From positions 32,001-96,000 of the forward strand of contig CAVOKF010000008.1 of the NCBI GenBank assembly GCA_963696385.1: a stretch of DNA of 64,000 bases. Reading direction: 5' to 3'. Origin of the DNA: an uncultured delta proteobacterium (lineage in GTDB: Bacteria > Myxococcota_A > Polyangia > Polyangiales > Polyangiaceae). The notes below the pieces were generated by a model, which did not search any database, was not told the DNA's origin, and saw nothing but the letters and a program-made list of their open reading frames with translations. The translations under genes were made by a program, and so were the position numbers. Positions within the stretch are counted from its first letter, which is position 1. Each line of letters starts with the position of its first letter. Shown in pieces: positions 40,859 to 51,066 of the stretch.

Positions 40859-42057
40859 GCGGGCAGGCTCTGACGCGTCGGCGAGCCAGCCGTCGGAGAG
40901 GCCACCGGAAGGATCGCGCTACCCCGCAGCAGCCAGAACGGATGCCCCCGCCACGAGATCTTGCGACTCGCGCAAGCACGAATCCAGCAAATGAGCGCGA
41001 GCACCGACCGGACGATCTCGAGCGGCCCATGCCACCAGGCTACGGCGCGACCGCGAAGCAACCGGACGGCCGCGACCGCACCTGCCATTTGTGCGAGCGC
41101 CACGGCCGCCCAACACATCCCCATGACGGCACCCGGAGCCAAGATCCAACACACGGTGGCCAGCGCAATCGGATTCAATAACGGCTCGGAGGCGAAGCAC
41201 CACCACGGCAAAATGGATCGCCGCAGCTGCGCCCAGCGCGTGTGGCGTTCGAGCGTTCGACGCACCGAGCAGCGCACGTTCCAGTTCGCGACGATCTCGT
41301 GCGACAACCGAATCTCGAAGCCGGCTTCCGCGAAGCGTCGTCCGAGTACGTGGTCCTCTGCGAGCACGCCACCGACCGACGAAAAACCTCCGATGCGAAT
41401 CAAATCCGCCCGCCGAACCGCGATCGACTTCCCGACGGTGAACGAGCGACGGCTGACCACCGCCACGGCCGCGATGCCGGGCGCCGTGGCCGCGCAGATC
41501 TGCAGGTTCTCGATCGCCGCACCCAAGGACTCTTCGCCGTTGCCGGAGAACAGGCTCGTCACGATGCCGACGCGATCGTCGGCGAGCTCAGCGACCATGG
41601 ACCGCAGGTAGCTCGACCGGACTCGAACATTCGAATCGGAGATGACCCAAATTTCGCCCTTGGCGACTGCTTCGAGTCCGACGAGCTGCGCCACCTTGGG
41701 GTTGACCGCCGCGCCCGGGTCCGTCAAAACGATTTGTGCGTCGAGCCGGGGATGTCTCGCAACGAAGCGACGCGCGACGCCGAACGCCGGGTCGGCACGA
41801 TTCGCGACCCCCAACAAGACCTCGAACGAGGGATACTCGATGCGAGCGAAGGACTCGAGGTTGCCTTCGAGGTCGTCGTCCAATCCGGCCAGCGGCTTGA
41901 AAATCGTCACCGCGGGTACGCAAACCCCTCGCGGGAGGCCGGGGCGGCCCGAGGAAATCGCTCGAAGGCGCTTCATCATCGCCCGAACGAAGAGGGTCAT
42001 CATCGCCGCATAGAGCCCAAGCGACGTCAGCGTCAAAGCGACCGCGATGTAGACCAT
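40855..42057 (-). CDS. Glycosyltransferase family 21 (ceramide glucosyltransferase/HpnI-like)
   Basis: N-terminal [33 protein letters not shown]-terminal ISWRG. Confidence 0.88.
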   Translation of the reverse strand: MVYIAVALTLTSLGLYAAMMTLFVRAMMKRLRAISSGRPGLPRGVCVPAVTIFKPLAGLDDDLEGNLESFARIEYPSFEVLLGVANRADPAFGVARRFVARHPRLDAQIVLTDPGAAVNPKVAQLVGLEAVAKGEIWVISDSNVRVRSSYLRSMVAELADDRVGIVTSLFSGNGEESLGAAIENLQICAATAPGIAAVAVVSRRSFTVGKSIAVRRADLIRIGGFSSVGGVLAEDHVLGRRFAEAGFEIRLSHEIVANWNVRCSVRRTLERHTRWAQLRRSILPWWCFASEPLLNPIALATVCWILAPGAVMGMCWAAVALAQMAGAVAAVRLLRGRAVAWWHGPLEIVRSVLALICWIRACASRKISWRGHPFWLLRGSAILPVASPTAGSPTRQSLPA

Positions 42058-42099
42058 CGATAATGGAGGCCCAGGCTTGCCGGACCCTCAAGCAACGCC

Positions 42100-42128
42100 G
42101 TGTCGGATCGGTGAAATCTATGTGACAC
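42100..42128 (-). promoter_or_regulatory. Putative Pho box upstream of GT21-pstBSCA-phoU
   Basis: Minus strand TGTCAC-n5-TTTCAC-n5-CGACAC, 11-bp period, ~43 nt before the ATG. Confidence 0.7.
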
Positions 42129-42137
42129 AATACGCTT

Positions 42138-43934
42138 TTACGGCGAACCGAGGGCGTTCGCCGCGTTCGCACGGTGCAACAGGACAGCGAATGTCGAGCC
42201 TTTGCCGACGACACTTTCGACCGAGACCCTGCCGCGCATGGCTTCGACCATGTGCTTGACGATGGAAAGCCCGAGCCCGGTTCCGCCGAGCTCTCGCGAC
42301 CGGCCGGCATCCACGCGATAGAACCGTTCGAAGACACGACCCAGGTGTTCCGCGGCAATCCCGGGGCCCGTGTCGGTCACGACCAAGCGAATCCGGCCGT
42401 CCTCCTCGGAGGCGCTGACCTGGATCCGGGCTCCGGGAGCACAGTATTTCACGGCGTTGTCGACGAGGTTGGAAAGGACGTGCTCGAGCGCGCGGGCGTC
42501 GCCGTCCACGGGTGCAAGCGCCGATGGAAGCGTCGCCGTCAACGCCACTCCTTTCTTTTCGGCACGTTCGCGGAAGAGCGCCAGAACGATGGGGACCACC
42601 CGCTGAAGGTCGACTCGCTCGCGCTTGAGTTTGAACTCGTTCGACTCGAGCTTGGACAACTCGAGCATGTCTTCGAGCAAGATCTGCAGGCGCTGGGCAT
42701 TGCGCTCGATGATGTCGACGAAGCGCGTGCTGGCGATTCGGTCTTCGAGCGCGCCGGTTCGCAGCGTCTCGGTCGCCGATCGCACCGCGGCGATCGGGGT
42801 GCGAAGCTCGTGCGACGCATTCGCGACGAAGTCGCGCCTCAACGACTCGAGACGCCGCAGCTCGGTGACGTCGACGAATACGAAAAGCATGCCCTCGTCC
42901 CCGCCCGACAGCGGCGCCGCGTGAACGACGACCCGTCGCGGCTTCAAACCGGGAAGCTCGATCTCGACCTGATGGTCGTCGAGCTCGGCTCGGGCTTGCT
43001 CGAGCATCGAGCTCAGCTGCGCGTGGCGGACAGTCTCCATCAGCAGTTTACCCACCGCGTCGGCGCCGAGCAGCAGCATCGACCGGAGCGCCGGGTTCAC
43101 GAGCACGACGCGGCCATGGCGATCGACCACGGCAACCCCGTCATGCATCGCCTCGAGAATTCTCTTATGCAGGTCGCGTTCGGCGCGCAGTTCACCCAGT
43201 GTGGTCCCGAGCCCACCGGCGAGTCGATCGAGGGCCTGCCCGAGCTCGGACAACTCGCTGCGCCCCGACAGCCTCGTCCGCACGGTGAGGTCTCCGTTGC
43301 CCATTCGCCGCGCGGCACGCGTCAACGAAGCGACCACGCCGGAGACCTGCATCGCCAGCGCGTTCGACAGCAGCAGGCAAAGCGCCAGGGCGATCGCAGC
43401 GACGACCCATATCCCACGACGAACGGCACTCTGGGTCCGGTCGAGGTCCGCCAACGACACCGAAACTCGAGCGACCCCTTGCACCACGCCTTCGCGATCG
43501 AACGGGACGGCGACGTGCAGGACGGAGTGCTGACCGGCCGGACCGCGGCGGATGATAGTCCCCTTGCCGTCCAACAGAGCTTCGCGCACCTCCGGCAGGC
43601 CGCCCGAGCTTTCGGGGGTCGTCGCCAACGGCCACGAAGCGTCCGAATCCCCCAGTACCCGCCCGTCGCGACCGATGATCGTGACGTGAGCGTCCGCCGA
43701 CTGCCCAAGCGATTGCGCAAGCGCGTGCCAGGCCGCGCGGTCCGCTGGATCGGGGGTCGCCGAAGCCGAGATTTCGCGAGCCACGAGTCGGGCTCGCGCC
43801 AACACGTCGCGCCGCAAGGAGTCGGTAGCGTCGGCCGCGATCCGCGTCGTGAGACCCACATCCGCTGCCGTGGCGCACAGCGACAGGATCGCGATCCACA
43901 TGACGAAGAGCCGCGTTCGCAGCCTCGCTCTCAC
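42138..43934 (-). CDS. phoR: PhoR-like sensor histidine kinase (TM-sCache-HAMP-PAS-HisKA-HATPase)
   Basis: RRDFVANASHELRTP, NLVDNAVKY, FERFYRVD, GGTGLGLSIVKH; adjacent to pst genes. Confidence 0.9.
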   Translation of the reverse strand: MRARLRTRLFVMWIAILSLCATAADVGLTTRIAADATDSLRRDVLARARLVAREISASATPDPADRAAWHALAQSLGQSADAHVTIIGRDGRVLGDSDASWPLATTPESSGGLPEVREALLDGKGTIIRRGPAGQHSVLHVAVPFDREGVVQGVARVSVSLADLDRTQSAVRRGIWVVAAIALALCLLLSNALAMQVSGVVASLTRAARRMGNGDLTVRTRLSGRSELSELGQALDRLAGGLGTTLGELRAERDLHKRILEAMHDGVAVVDRHGRVVLVNPALRSMLLLGADAVGKLLMETVRHAQLSSMLEQARAELDDHQVEIELPGLKPRRVVVHAAPLSGGDEGMLFVFVDVTELRRLESLRRDFVANASHELRTPIAAVRSATETLRTGALEDRIASTRFVDIIERNAQRLQILLEDMLELSKLESNEFKLKRERVDLQRVVPIVLALFRERAEKKGVALTATLPSALAPVDGDARALEHVLSNLVDNAVKYCAPGARIQVSASEEDGRIRLVVTDTGPGIAAEHLGRVFERFYRVDAGRSRELGGTGLGLSIVKHMVEAMRGRVSVESVVGKGSTFAVLLHRANAANALGSP

Positions 43935-43965
43935 GACCCGCCCCCGGGCGTCGCGCCGGCCCCGA

Positions 43966-46011
43966 TCATTTTGCTTTGATGAAGCTCGCGGGCACCACCC
44001 ATTTCGGGCTCTTTAGCAGTTCGCACGCGAGGCCCAGAAAGACCGCACGAAGGACCTCGTCGGGATCCGTCGCATGCGCACCCGTTCGCTCGGCCATCAC
44101 CTTGGCCAGGGTGGTCTTTCCCGTGATCGACTCGATGACCGCCGCTTCGCGCTCCGGCAGGCGGAACATTTCGAGGCGTACGGGCGGCACGGCAACGGGC
44201 TCGATGACTTCTTCGGAGATCGGAGCGAGCATGGATTGGAGCTCCTCGTAGCCATAACCGCCTCGAATTCCGCGATTGATGATCTCGTAGATATCGACCC
44301 CGAGCGGAAACGTCTCCTCTTGCGATCGAACTCCGCGGGCAAATGCAATTTCCCCCTCTTTCCACCGAAACACGTCGACAAGACGACCTTGGGTCTGGTC
44401 GTGGATGGCGCGAAACAACTCAATCGGTCGCAAAACGCCGATTCCGACCAGCGTGTCGCCGAGACGGCCGCCGAAGCGCGGGAGCATGGCGAGCGCCATC
44501 TCCAACTCCATCCGCAGAACCTGACCCCGGCGGATGAGAAATTCGCCGAGAAGCTCCCCCTTGTCCGTGGAACTCACCCATTCGGGGGAACCCTCGACAA
44601 AGAAGATGCGCTTTCTCCGCGTCCCATTTCGCAGCACGAGCGCGCCGGTTTCACGGCGCACCGCCAGATGAAACACGCGGGTCGGAAGGCGGGCGGGGTC
44701 TAGACCGCCGGAGTCGACGGCGTCGCTCGGGAAGTCGACGTCCCAACGCAGCGCGGGGCTCGCCAAGAAGCGTGCGAGCTCCGGGTACTCGGTCGGAGGG
44801 CGGAACCGCCCCTGCTCGCGCGCAATCTCGCAGCGCGCGCTGAGCTCGCCGGTCGCGAAGAGCTCGACGAGCCGATGGAAAGCCATCGGCCCCATGAGGC
44901 CACCGTCGCTGCGTTGCACGCGATAGGTGCTCGGAGACGCCGGCTGCGGGGGATTCGGCGAAGGGCCCGACTGGTGCGTCGGAAGCTCCGAGTCGTGAGC
45001 TTCGCGAGCGGCCGCCAACGCCGGCTCCGGCGACCCCGCGGTATCGACTTCGCTGTCGCCGAAGTCGATAGGCGAGACGAGCCCCAACTTTTCGATGAGC
45101 CCCGCGAGGCGTGAAGGACCCACCTGCAGCCGGCGACGCCGCACCACCTCTTCGATCGCTTCGGCGAATGCGGCCGCGTCGGGCCAGCGCAAGGCGGGAT
45201 CTCGCGCGAGCGCGCGAAACAGAACGGCCCGAAGATCGTCGGGGACGCGCGACCCGGCCCGATCGATCACCGAAACGTCCGCATCCCGAATTCGCAAGAG
45301 AACGTCGAGCTCTTTGCCGCCACTGAAAAGCGGCTTCAGGATGAGCATCTCCGCCAGGACGATCCCGACCGTGAAGAGATCGCTTCGCCCATCGAGGTCG
45401 CGCCCGATGACCTGCTCCGGGGACATGTAACCGAGCTTGCCCTTGAGCTGGCCCGCATCCGTTCGGCGCTCGATCTCGACGGCGCGCGCGATGCCGAAGT
45501 CGGTCAGTTTGACGGCGCCTGAACGGTCGATGAGCACATTTCCAGGCGAAACGTCCCGGTGCACGAGATGAAGGGGCCTGCCCGCGTCATCGCGTGCTCC
45601 GTGCGCGTAGTCGAGAGCACGCAGAACGGAAAGAGCCGTATGCAGACAGACGTCGAGGGGGATGTCCTCGCCGACCGCGGCCGCGCCCCGGATGAGACGA
45701 GCGCCCGTCGTGCCGTCGACGTACTCCATCGCCATGTACAGTTCGCCGTCCTGCTCGCCGAAGTCGAACACTTGAACGATATTCGGGTGGCCGAGCCGCG
45801 CGCACACCCGCGCCTCGTCGATGAACATCGCGACGAAGTCCGGATCGCGAGCGTATTGAGGAAGGATCCTTTTGACGGCCACGAACTTCTGGAAACCGTG
45901 AGGGCCCGCTCGGCGCGCCAAGTAGACTTCCGCCATCCCGCCGGTTGCGATCCGCTTCAGGAGCTCGTACGGCCCCAGGCGCGGAGGCGCTGGGGAGGAG
46001 GGAATGGTCAT
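43966..46011 (-). CDS. Ser/Thr protein kinase with GYF_2-like and DUF4388-like domains
   Basis: IATGGMAEV, HRDVSPGN, DFG, GKLGYMSPEQ; later GPMAF..LV, TGAL, LGEFLI, RLGDTLV. Confidence 0.88.
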   Translation of the reverse strand: MTIPSSPAPPRLGPYELLKRIATGGMAEVYLARRAGPHGFQKFVAVKRILPQYARDPDFVAMFIDEARVCARLGHPNIVQVFDFGEQDGELYMAMEYVDGTTGARLIRGAAAVGEDIPLDVCLHTALSVLRALDYAHGARDDAGRPLHLVHRDVSPGNVLIDRSGAVKLTDFGIARAVEIERRTDAGQLKGKLGYMSPEQVIGRDLDGRSDLFTVGIVLAEMLILKPLFSGGKELDVLLRIRDADVSVIDRAGSRVPDDLRAVLFRALARDPALRWPDAAAFAEAIEEVVRRRRLQVGPSRLAGLIEKLGLVSPIDFGDSEVDTAGSPEPALAAAREAHDSELPTHQSGPSPNPPQPASPSTYRVQRSDGGLMGPMAFHRLVELFATGELSARCEIAREQGRFRPPTEYPELARFLASPALRWDVDFPSDAVDSGGLDPARLPTRVFHLAVRRETGALVLRNGTRRKRIFFVEGSPEWVSSTDKGELLGEFLIRRGQVLRMELEMALAMLPRFGGRLGDTLVGIGVLRPIELFRAIHDQTQGRLVDVFRWKEGEIAFARGVRSQEETFPLGVDIYEIINRGIRGGYGYEELQSMLAPISEEVIEPVAVPPVRLEMFRLPEREAAVIESITGKTTLAKVMAERTGAHATDPDEVLRAVFLGLACELLKSPKWVVPASFIKAK

Positions 46012-46041
46012 CGACGATTGCGATCTTAACATGGGGCCATC

Positions 46042-46986
46042 GTGACCTCCGGTTTGTTGTCCCGAGAACCTTCGGGCGTTCTGATCCTCGATAAATCCAG
46101 GGGGCTGACGAGCCATGCCGTCGTATCGCACATGCGCCGCGTCCTCGGCGTGCGCGCCATCGGACACGCAGGGACGCTCGACCCGATGGCGACCGGAGTG
46201 CTCGTGCTCGCGGTCGGAGAGGCAACCAAACTCGTGCCGTGGCTGACCTCCCACGACAAAGTCTACGAAGCGACCATCGCGCTCGGCGTCGCGACCGACA
46301 CGCTCGACGCGGACGGGCGAGAACTTCGCCGAGAGCCTCTCGCCCGGGAGTTGCTCGGCGAATTGGCCCGGTCCGACAATCCGACGATCGCGGTCGGATT
46401 GCACGCCGCGCTGGCGCGCGAGCGGGGTCGAACGAGCCAAGTCCCGCCGCAATTCTCGGCGATCAAGACCCGAGGGGAGCGCGCGTTCGCGAGGGCGCGG
46501 CGCGGGCAAGTGACCGAGCTTGCCCCGCGGCAAGTCTGCGTCCGTCGCCTCGATCTGGCCGGGTCGAGCGACGAGCCCGCGCGGATCGACGTCGAGATCG
46601 AGGTCGGCAGCGGTTACTATGTCCGCGCGATGGCGAGAGATCTGGCGGAGAGTCTCGGGACCAGCGGGCACTTGATCCGGCTGCACCGGACGCGGTCGGG
46701 ACCGTTCGCCGTGGACGAAGCCATCTCGATGGATGCGCCGCTTGCCGCGATTCGCGCTCGCATTCAAGCGTTGGCGCACGCTGCGACGCGCACACTCGCC
46801 GTGGCGAGACTGACGCCGGCGGGCGCCCGCGACGCACGATGCGGGCGGCCGGTTCAGCCTTCGGACATCGTCGCCCCCCAACGCGGGCCTTGTGCCTGGA
46901 TCGACGAGGCAGGCACGCTGGTCGCGGTCGGGACTGTCGCCGACGACGGCCGGGGCAGCGTCATTCGAGGCTTCGTGGGCGCCTAG
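46042..46986 (+). CDS. truB: tRNA pseudouridine(55) synthase
   Basis: DKSRGLTSH, GHAGTLDPMATGVL, QVPPQFSAIK, GYYVRAMA. Confidence 0.96.
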   Translation: MTSGLLSREPSGVLILDKSRGLTSHAVVSHMRRVLGVRAIGHAGTLDPMATGVLVLAVGEATKLVPWLTSHDKVYEATIALGVATDTLDADGRELRREPLARELLGELARSDNPTIAVGLHAALARERGRTSQVPPQFSAIKTRGERAFARARRGQVTELAPRQVCVRRLDLAGSSDEPARIDVEIEVGSGYYVRAMARDLAESLGTSGHLIRLHRTRSGPFAVDEAISMDAPLAAIRARIQALAHAATRTLAVARLTPAGARDARCGRPVQPSDIVAPQRGPCAWIDEAGTLVAVGTVADDGRGSVIRGFVGA

Positions 46987-47099
46987 CGCACCGTGCGCAA
47001 GATACCGTCAACATCCACAAGATCGATCCGTCTGGCCAGGGCGCTGATCCTTCGGCCGGTAGGCTTGGCCCTACCTCGCGCACGTGCACGAGCAGTCGG

Positions 47100-48125
47100 T
47101 CACTTCTTTTTCGCGGCCGCGGCGTCTCGCGCGGCTTTGAGACGATCGCGGGCTGGTTTCGCGAGCGACCCGTTCGGCTCGAGGTCGAGCACTTTGGCGT
47201 ATTCGGCGGCCGCGTCCTTGAACCGCTTGGCCATCGCCAACCGGCCCCCGAGGTAATAGTGCGCCGGGGCATACGTCGGTTCCCGCGCGACAGCGGCTTG
47301 AAGATCGTCGAGTGTACCTCGCTCGTCCTTCAGTCCGAGCCGGCAAAGCGCCCTTTCCGTCCGCACTTCGCCGCCGTCTTTGAGCGCGATGGCTGCGTCG
47401 AAGGTACTCACGCACGATTCGAATTCGCCTGCGAAGCGGTATTCGTGGCCCACCGAGGCCAGCATGCCGTAGTCGTCTTTGACCCGGCCACGCGCGGCAT
47501 CGAGATGCGCGACCGCGCCAGGCAGGTGCCAGACATTGAGCCAATGCGCGAGCGTCAGTTGAAGCATCGGATCGGCGGGAGCCATCTCGGCAGCTTGCCC
47601 GAGTTCGCGGATCGCCTGATCCCGTTCACCGCGCGCGGCCATCGCCACCCCGAGATTCTCATGGAGGGCCGCGCTGCCGGGGTGCTTCGCCAGCCCGGCG
47701 CGTGCCACCTCGAGCGCCTCATCGGGCCGCCCTTCGTCGATGTAGAGAGCGCTCAGCTCGGCCGCCGCCGAGTCCAGATCGGGTTTGGCGGCCAATGCGG
47801 ATTTGTAGGCCGACTCGGCCGCCGCCTTGTCCTGCAACTTTTCGCAGGCCATGCCCAAGTTGTAGAGAGCCTCGTAATCGCTGGCCTTCTTCTTGACCGC
47901 GGCCTCGAACGACGCGCGAGCGTCGGCGTAATGTCCGGCGTCAAACGCCTTGATGCCGTTCAGGAGATCGGACGACGGGACGGCTTCGGCCGTGCGGCTG
48001 GGTTCTGGGGCGGCGGCGCTGTCGAGCGCGGGCGGCGGGGCCGCCTGCGGTGCGGGAGTCGATCCACCGCACGCTGCGAGCGTCCACGCGACAAGCGCCC
48101 CCGAAACGGCTCCGATTGGCTTCAT
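47100..48125 (-). CDS. TPR-repeat lipoprotein
   Basis: Lipobox LAAC; repeated TPR units (ALYNLG, HENLG, HYYLG). Confidence 0.85.
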   Translation of the reverse strand: MKPIGAVSGALVAWTLAACGGSTPAPQAAPPPALDSAAAPEPSRTAEAVPSSDLLNGIKAFDAGHYADARASFEAAVKKKASDYEALYNLGMACEKLQDKAAAESAYKSALAAKPDLDSAAAELSALYIDEGRPDEALEVARAGLAKHPGSAALHENLGVAMAARGERDQAIRELGQAAEMAPADPMLQLTLAHWLNVWHLPGAVAHLDAARGRVKDDYGMLASVGHEYRFAGEFESCVSTFDAAIALKDGGEVRTERALCRLGLKDERGTLDDLQAAVAREPTYAPAHYYLGGRLAMAKRFKDAAAEYAKVLDLEPNGSLAKPARDRLKAARDAAAAKKK

Positions 48126-48160
48126 GCCGCCCATCTTGTCATAGGCCCGGTCGGCGCGCG

Positions 48161-50881
48161 TCACCCGCCGACGGCCTGCACCAGCGCGTCCTGGACTTCC
48201 TTATATCGGGGCCCGCGCGCGATCTTCTGCCCATCGAGCTCGCTCACGTAAAATACGTCAGCGACCCGCGCTCCCTCCGTGTTGATTTTCGACAGGGCGA
48301 TCGACAGCCCGAGATGGTGGAGGGCCTGAGCCAAACGGTACAGTAGGCCCGGGCGATCCTTGGCAAAGACCTCGACGATCGTGTGGCGCGGAGAAGATCG
48401 ATCGTCGAGCAGGATCTCGGTCGGGACGGCCGGGCTCGGCCGCTCGCGCCACGCCGAGATCGATCCGGTTCGCTCGCGGATCAGGCTGTCCGGGGCGATC
48501 CGGCCTGAGCAGACGTCTTCGAGGTCGCGCGCCAGTCGGGGCATGGCCTGTTGCACGCCGTCGGTCCCCCCCTCCCGGTCGCGCACCCAAAACAGGTCGA
48601 CGGCCTCGACCCGGTCCCCGGCGGGACGAGAGTAGACCTGCGCGGCGAGCACTTCGAGACGGTTGGCGGTAAGCGCCGCGGCAATGCCGGCGAGCAGACC
48701 GGGACGGTCGTCCGCGACGACGCAGAGTTCGGCGGCCTCGGGGTGGCGCGAATGCACTCGAGCCACGTGAACGGGACGCGTTCCACGATCGAGCACGACC
48801 CTCGCGTGCTGCACGATCGACTCCGGCACGTTCGCCAACAGGTAGCGGTCCGGCATCGAAGCGAGCAGACGATCGAGGTTGCGCCGGGTGGTCCCCGACC
48901 AGGCCGCCCGCACCGCGTCGCGTACGCGGGCAACTCGCTCGACTTCTTCGCGCGGCTGATGGCCGGCCAGATACCCCTCGGCCGCGAAGTACAACTCGTC
49001 GAGCATGCGCCCCTTCCACGACGTCATCGCCGTCGGCGACGTCGTGCTCAGATCCGCGACCGTCAGCAGGTACAGGTTGCGCAGCCCTTCTCGACCGCGA
49101 ACCGTGCGGCAGAATTCCGCGATCGTGGCGGGGTCGTCGAGATCCCGGCGGGTTGCGATGCGGTACATGAGAAGGTGATCGAGTACGAGCTGCCGCGCTT
49201 CGTCGCAGTCCTCCGGGCTCATGCCGAGGCGAGGCAAAATGCGCGCGCACAAGTCGGCGCCCACTTTCGAATGCTGCCGGATCGACCCCTGCTCGTCCGG
49301 CCAACCTTTTCCGACGTCATGGAGGAGCGTCGCCAAAAAGAGAGGTACCGGGCGCGCAATCTCGACGGCCAGACGCGACGCGAGCGGAAACTCTTGAGCC
49401 AGCTCGCCGCGCGCGAACTGACGCAACCGATCGACGGCGGCGACCGAGTGAACGTCGACCGTGTAGACGTGGTAGATGTCGTGGTGAACGCGGCCGGTGA
49501 CGGGCAGAAACTCCGGCACCATCGCCAAGAGCAAGCCAACGTCGTGAAGCTCGCCGACGATCGAGCCGCGTTGCGTTCGCGTCTCGGGCACGGTGCAAAT
49601 GAGCTCGACGAACCACCGAGCGGCCTCGGGGCACGCGCGGAGCCGTTCGCACCATTCGCGATCGGCCGTGCATCGCGTGATCGCATCGCGCGCGAAAGGC
49701 AGCACCGGAGCCTGGTAGCGAACGCAAGCGGCGTACGCGCGCATCGCCAGAGCGGGGTCGTCCTGCAAGAGCGAGCTGCTCGCGATCGTCACGTGTCCCT
49801 CGAACAGCTGGACGCCATCCTCGAGGTCGGTCGGCGGCAACGGTTTGCCGCGACGGCGGGCCGGGCGCAACCGCTCGAAAAGGCTCGCGCGTGCACGACC
49901 GATGGATCGGGCGTGCAGATAATAGTCCTGCATGAGCCGCTCGGCGGCGCGGGCGCGATCCTCGCCGTACCCCATTTGGACCCCGAGCACCTCCTGGTCC
50001 TCGAACCCGAGTCGATCGGACTTGCGGCGGGCGCGCGCGTGCAAGCGATTGCGCACGCGCCAGAGAAACTCCTCGGACGCGGCGATCTCTTGCGCCTCGC
50101 GGGACACGACGATGCCCAGTCGCACCAACTCGCCCCAGAACCCCCCCTCCGTCGCCGTTTCCCTCACGTGGTAGCGGGCACGCGACGCCCACCGCACCCC
50201 ATCGAGGTCCCTCAGTCCGCCCGGCCCGCTCTTGACGTCCGGCTCCAGCAGGTAGACCGACCCGCCGAAGCGCTCGTGACGACCGGCGGCCTCCGCCTCG
50301 AGGCGATCGATGAAGACGCCCAGATCCTGCTCACCGAAGAGGCCCTCGTAGGCATGAACGGCCAGCTCGCGAAGCAGCCCCTCATCGCCGGCGAGGAAAT
50401 GCAAATCGAGAAGCGATGTGGCGGTCGCCAGATCTCGTTGGGCGAGGGGGATGGCGTCGCCGGCGCTGAGGATCTGGTGGCCGACGGGCAGCGCGGCGTC
50501 CCAGAGCGGATACAGAAATGCGTCGGCGAACGCTTCGGCCCTTTCGGTGCCCGACGGCGCAACGACCAGAACGAGATCCGCGTCGCTGTACAGCGCGACC
50601 GCCCCCCGACCGAAGCTGCCGACGGCCGCCAAAGCGAGGCCGGTCGCATCGACGCCGGGCCCGCTCGCGGCGGACATGTACCGGGCAACGATACACGTTT
50701 CGAGAAAGCGCGCGTTGGCGCGGCCTATCGCCAAACCGTCCTCGCCGGGCGTCGTCATCAGACGGGCAATCAGACTTTCGCGGTTGTCCTCCAGCGCTTC
50801 GCGGAGGACACCGATGTGGGCAGCGGGAATGGAAGAGACGGCCTGCGGAGCGGGAGAAGGAGACGACGGATTGGACGTCAT
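48161..50881 (-). CDS. glnD: PII uridylyltransferase/uridylyl-removing enzyme
   Basis: AVGSFGRG..SDAD, EPDVKSGPGGLRD, YHVYTVDVH, LLHDVGKG, two ACT domains (DRPGLL). Confidence 0.95.
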   Translation of the reverse strand: MTSNPSSPSPAPQAVSSIPAAHIGVLREALEDNRESLIARLMTTPGEDGLAIGRANARFLETCIVARYMSAASGPGVDATGLALAAVGSFGRGAVALYSDADLVLVVAPSGTERAEAFADAFLYPLWDAALPVGHQILSAGDAIPLAQRDLATATSLLDLHFLAGDEGLLRELAVHAYEGLFGEQDLGVFIDRLEAEAAGRHERFGGSVYLLEPDVKSGPGGLRDLDGVRWASRARYHVRETATEGGFWGELVRLGIVVSREAQEIAASEEFLWRVRNRLHARARRKSDRLGFEDQEVLGVQMGYGEDRARAAERLMQDYYLHARSIGRARASLFERLRPARRRGKPLPPTDLEDGVQLFEGHVTIASSSLLQDDPALAMRAYAACVRYQAPVLPFARDAITRCTADREWCERLRACPEAARWFVELICTVPETRTQRGSIVGELHDVGLLLAMVPEFLPVTGRVHHDIYHVYTVDVHSVAAVDRLRQFARGELAQEFPLASRLAVEIARPVPLFLATLLHDVGKGWPDEQGSIRQHSKVGADLCARILPRLGMSPEDCDEARQLVLDHLLMYRIATRRDLDDPATIAEFCRTVRGREGLRNLYLLTVADLSTTSPTAMTSWKGRMLDELYFAAEGYLAGHQPREEVERVARVRDAVRAAWSGTTRRNLDRLLASMPDRYLLANVPESIVQHARVVLDRGTRPVHVARVHSRHPEAAELCVVADDRPGLLAGIAAALTANRLEVLAAQVYSRPAGDRVEAVDLFWVRDREGGTDGVQQAMPRLARDLEDVCSGRIAPDSLIRERTGSISAWRERPSPAVPTEILLDDRSSPRHTIVEVFAKDRPGLLYRLAQALHHLGLSIALSKINTEGARVADVFYVSELDGQKIARGPRYKEVQDALVQAVGG

Positions 50882-51066
50882 AAACACCGGTGGGAGCGGG
50901 AGCGACCGATCGGGGTGCACGCCCGCATCGTCTCATTGTAGCGGAACGAGTCGGCGCGCGTGGGCGCGCGATGTGGCTTGACATCACACGGCAACTGACA
51001 TTATTGGCTATGAGGGGTTGTGGTGCGCCGCACCGCGCTTTGTCGCAGACCCCCTGGGAGGGTTGA

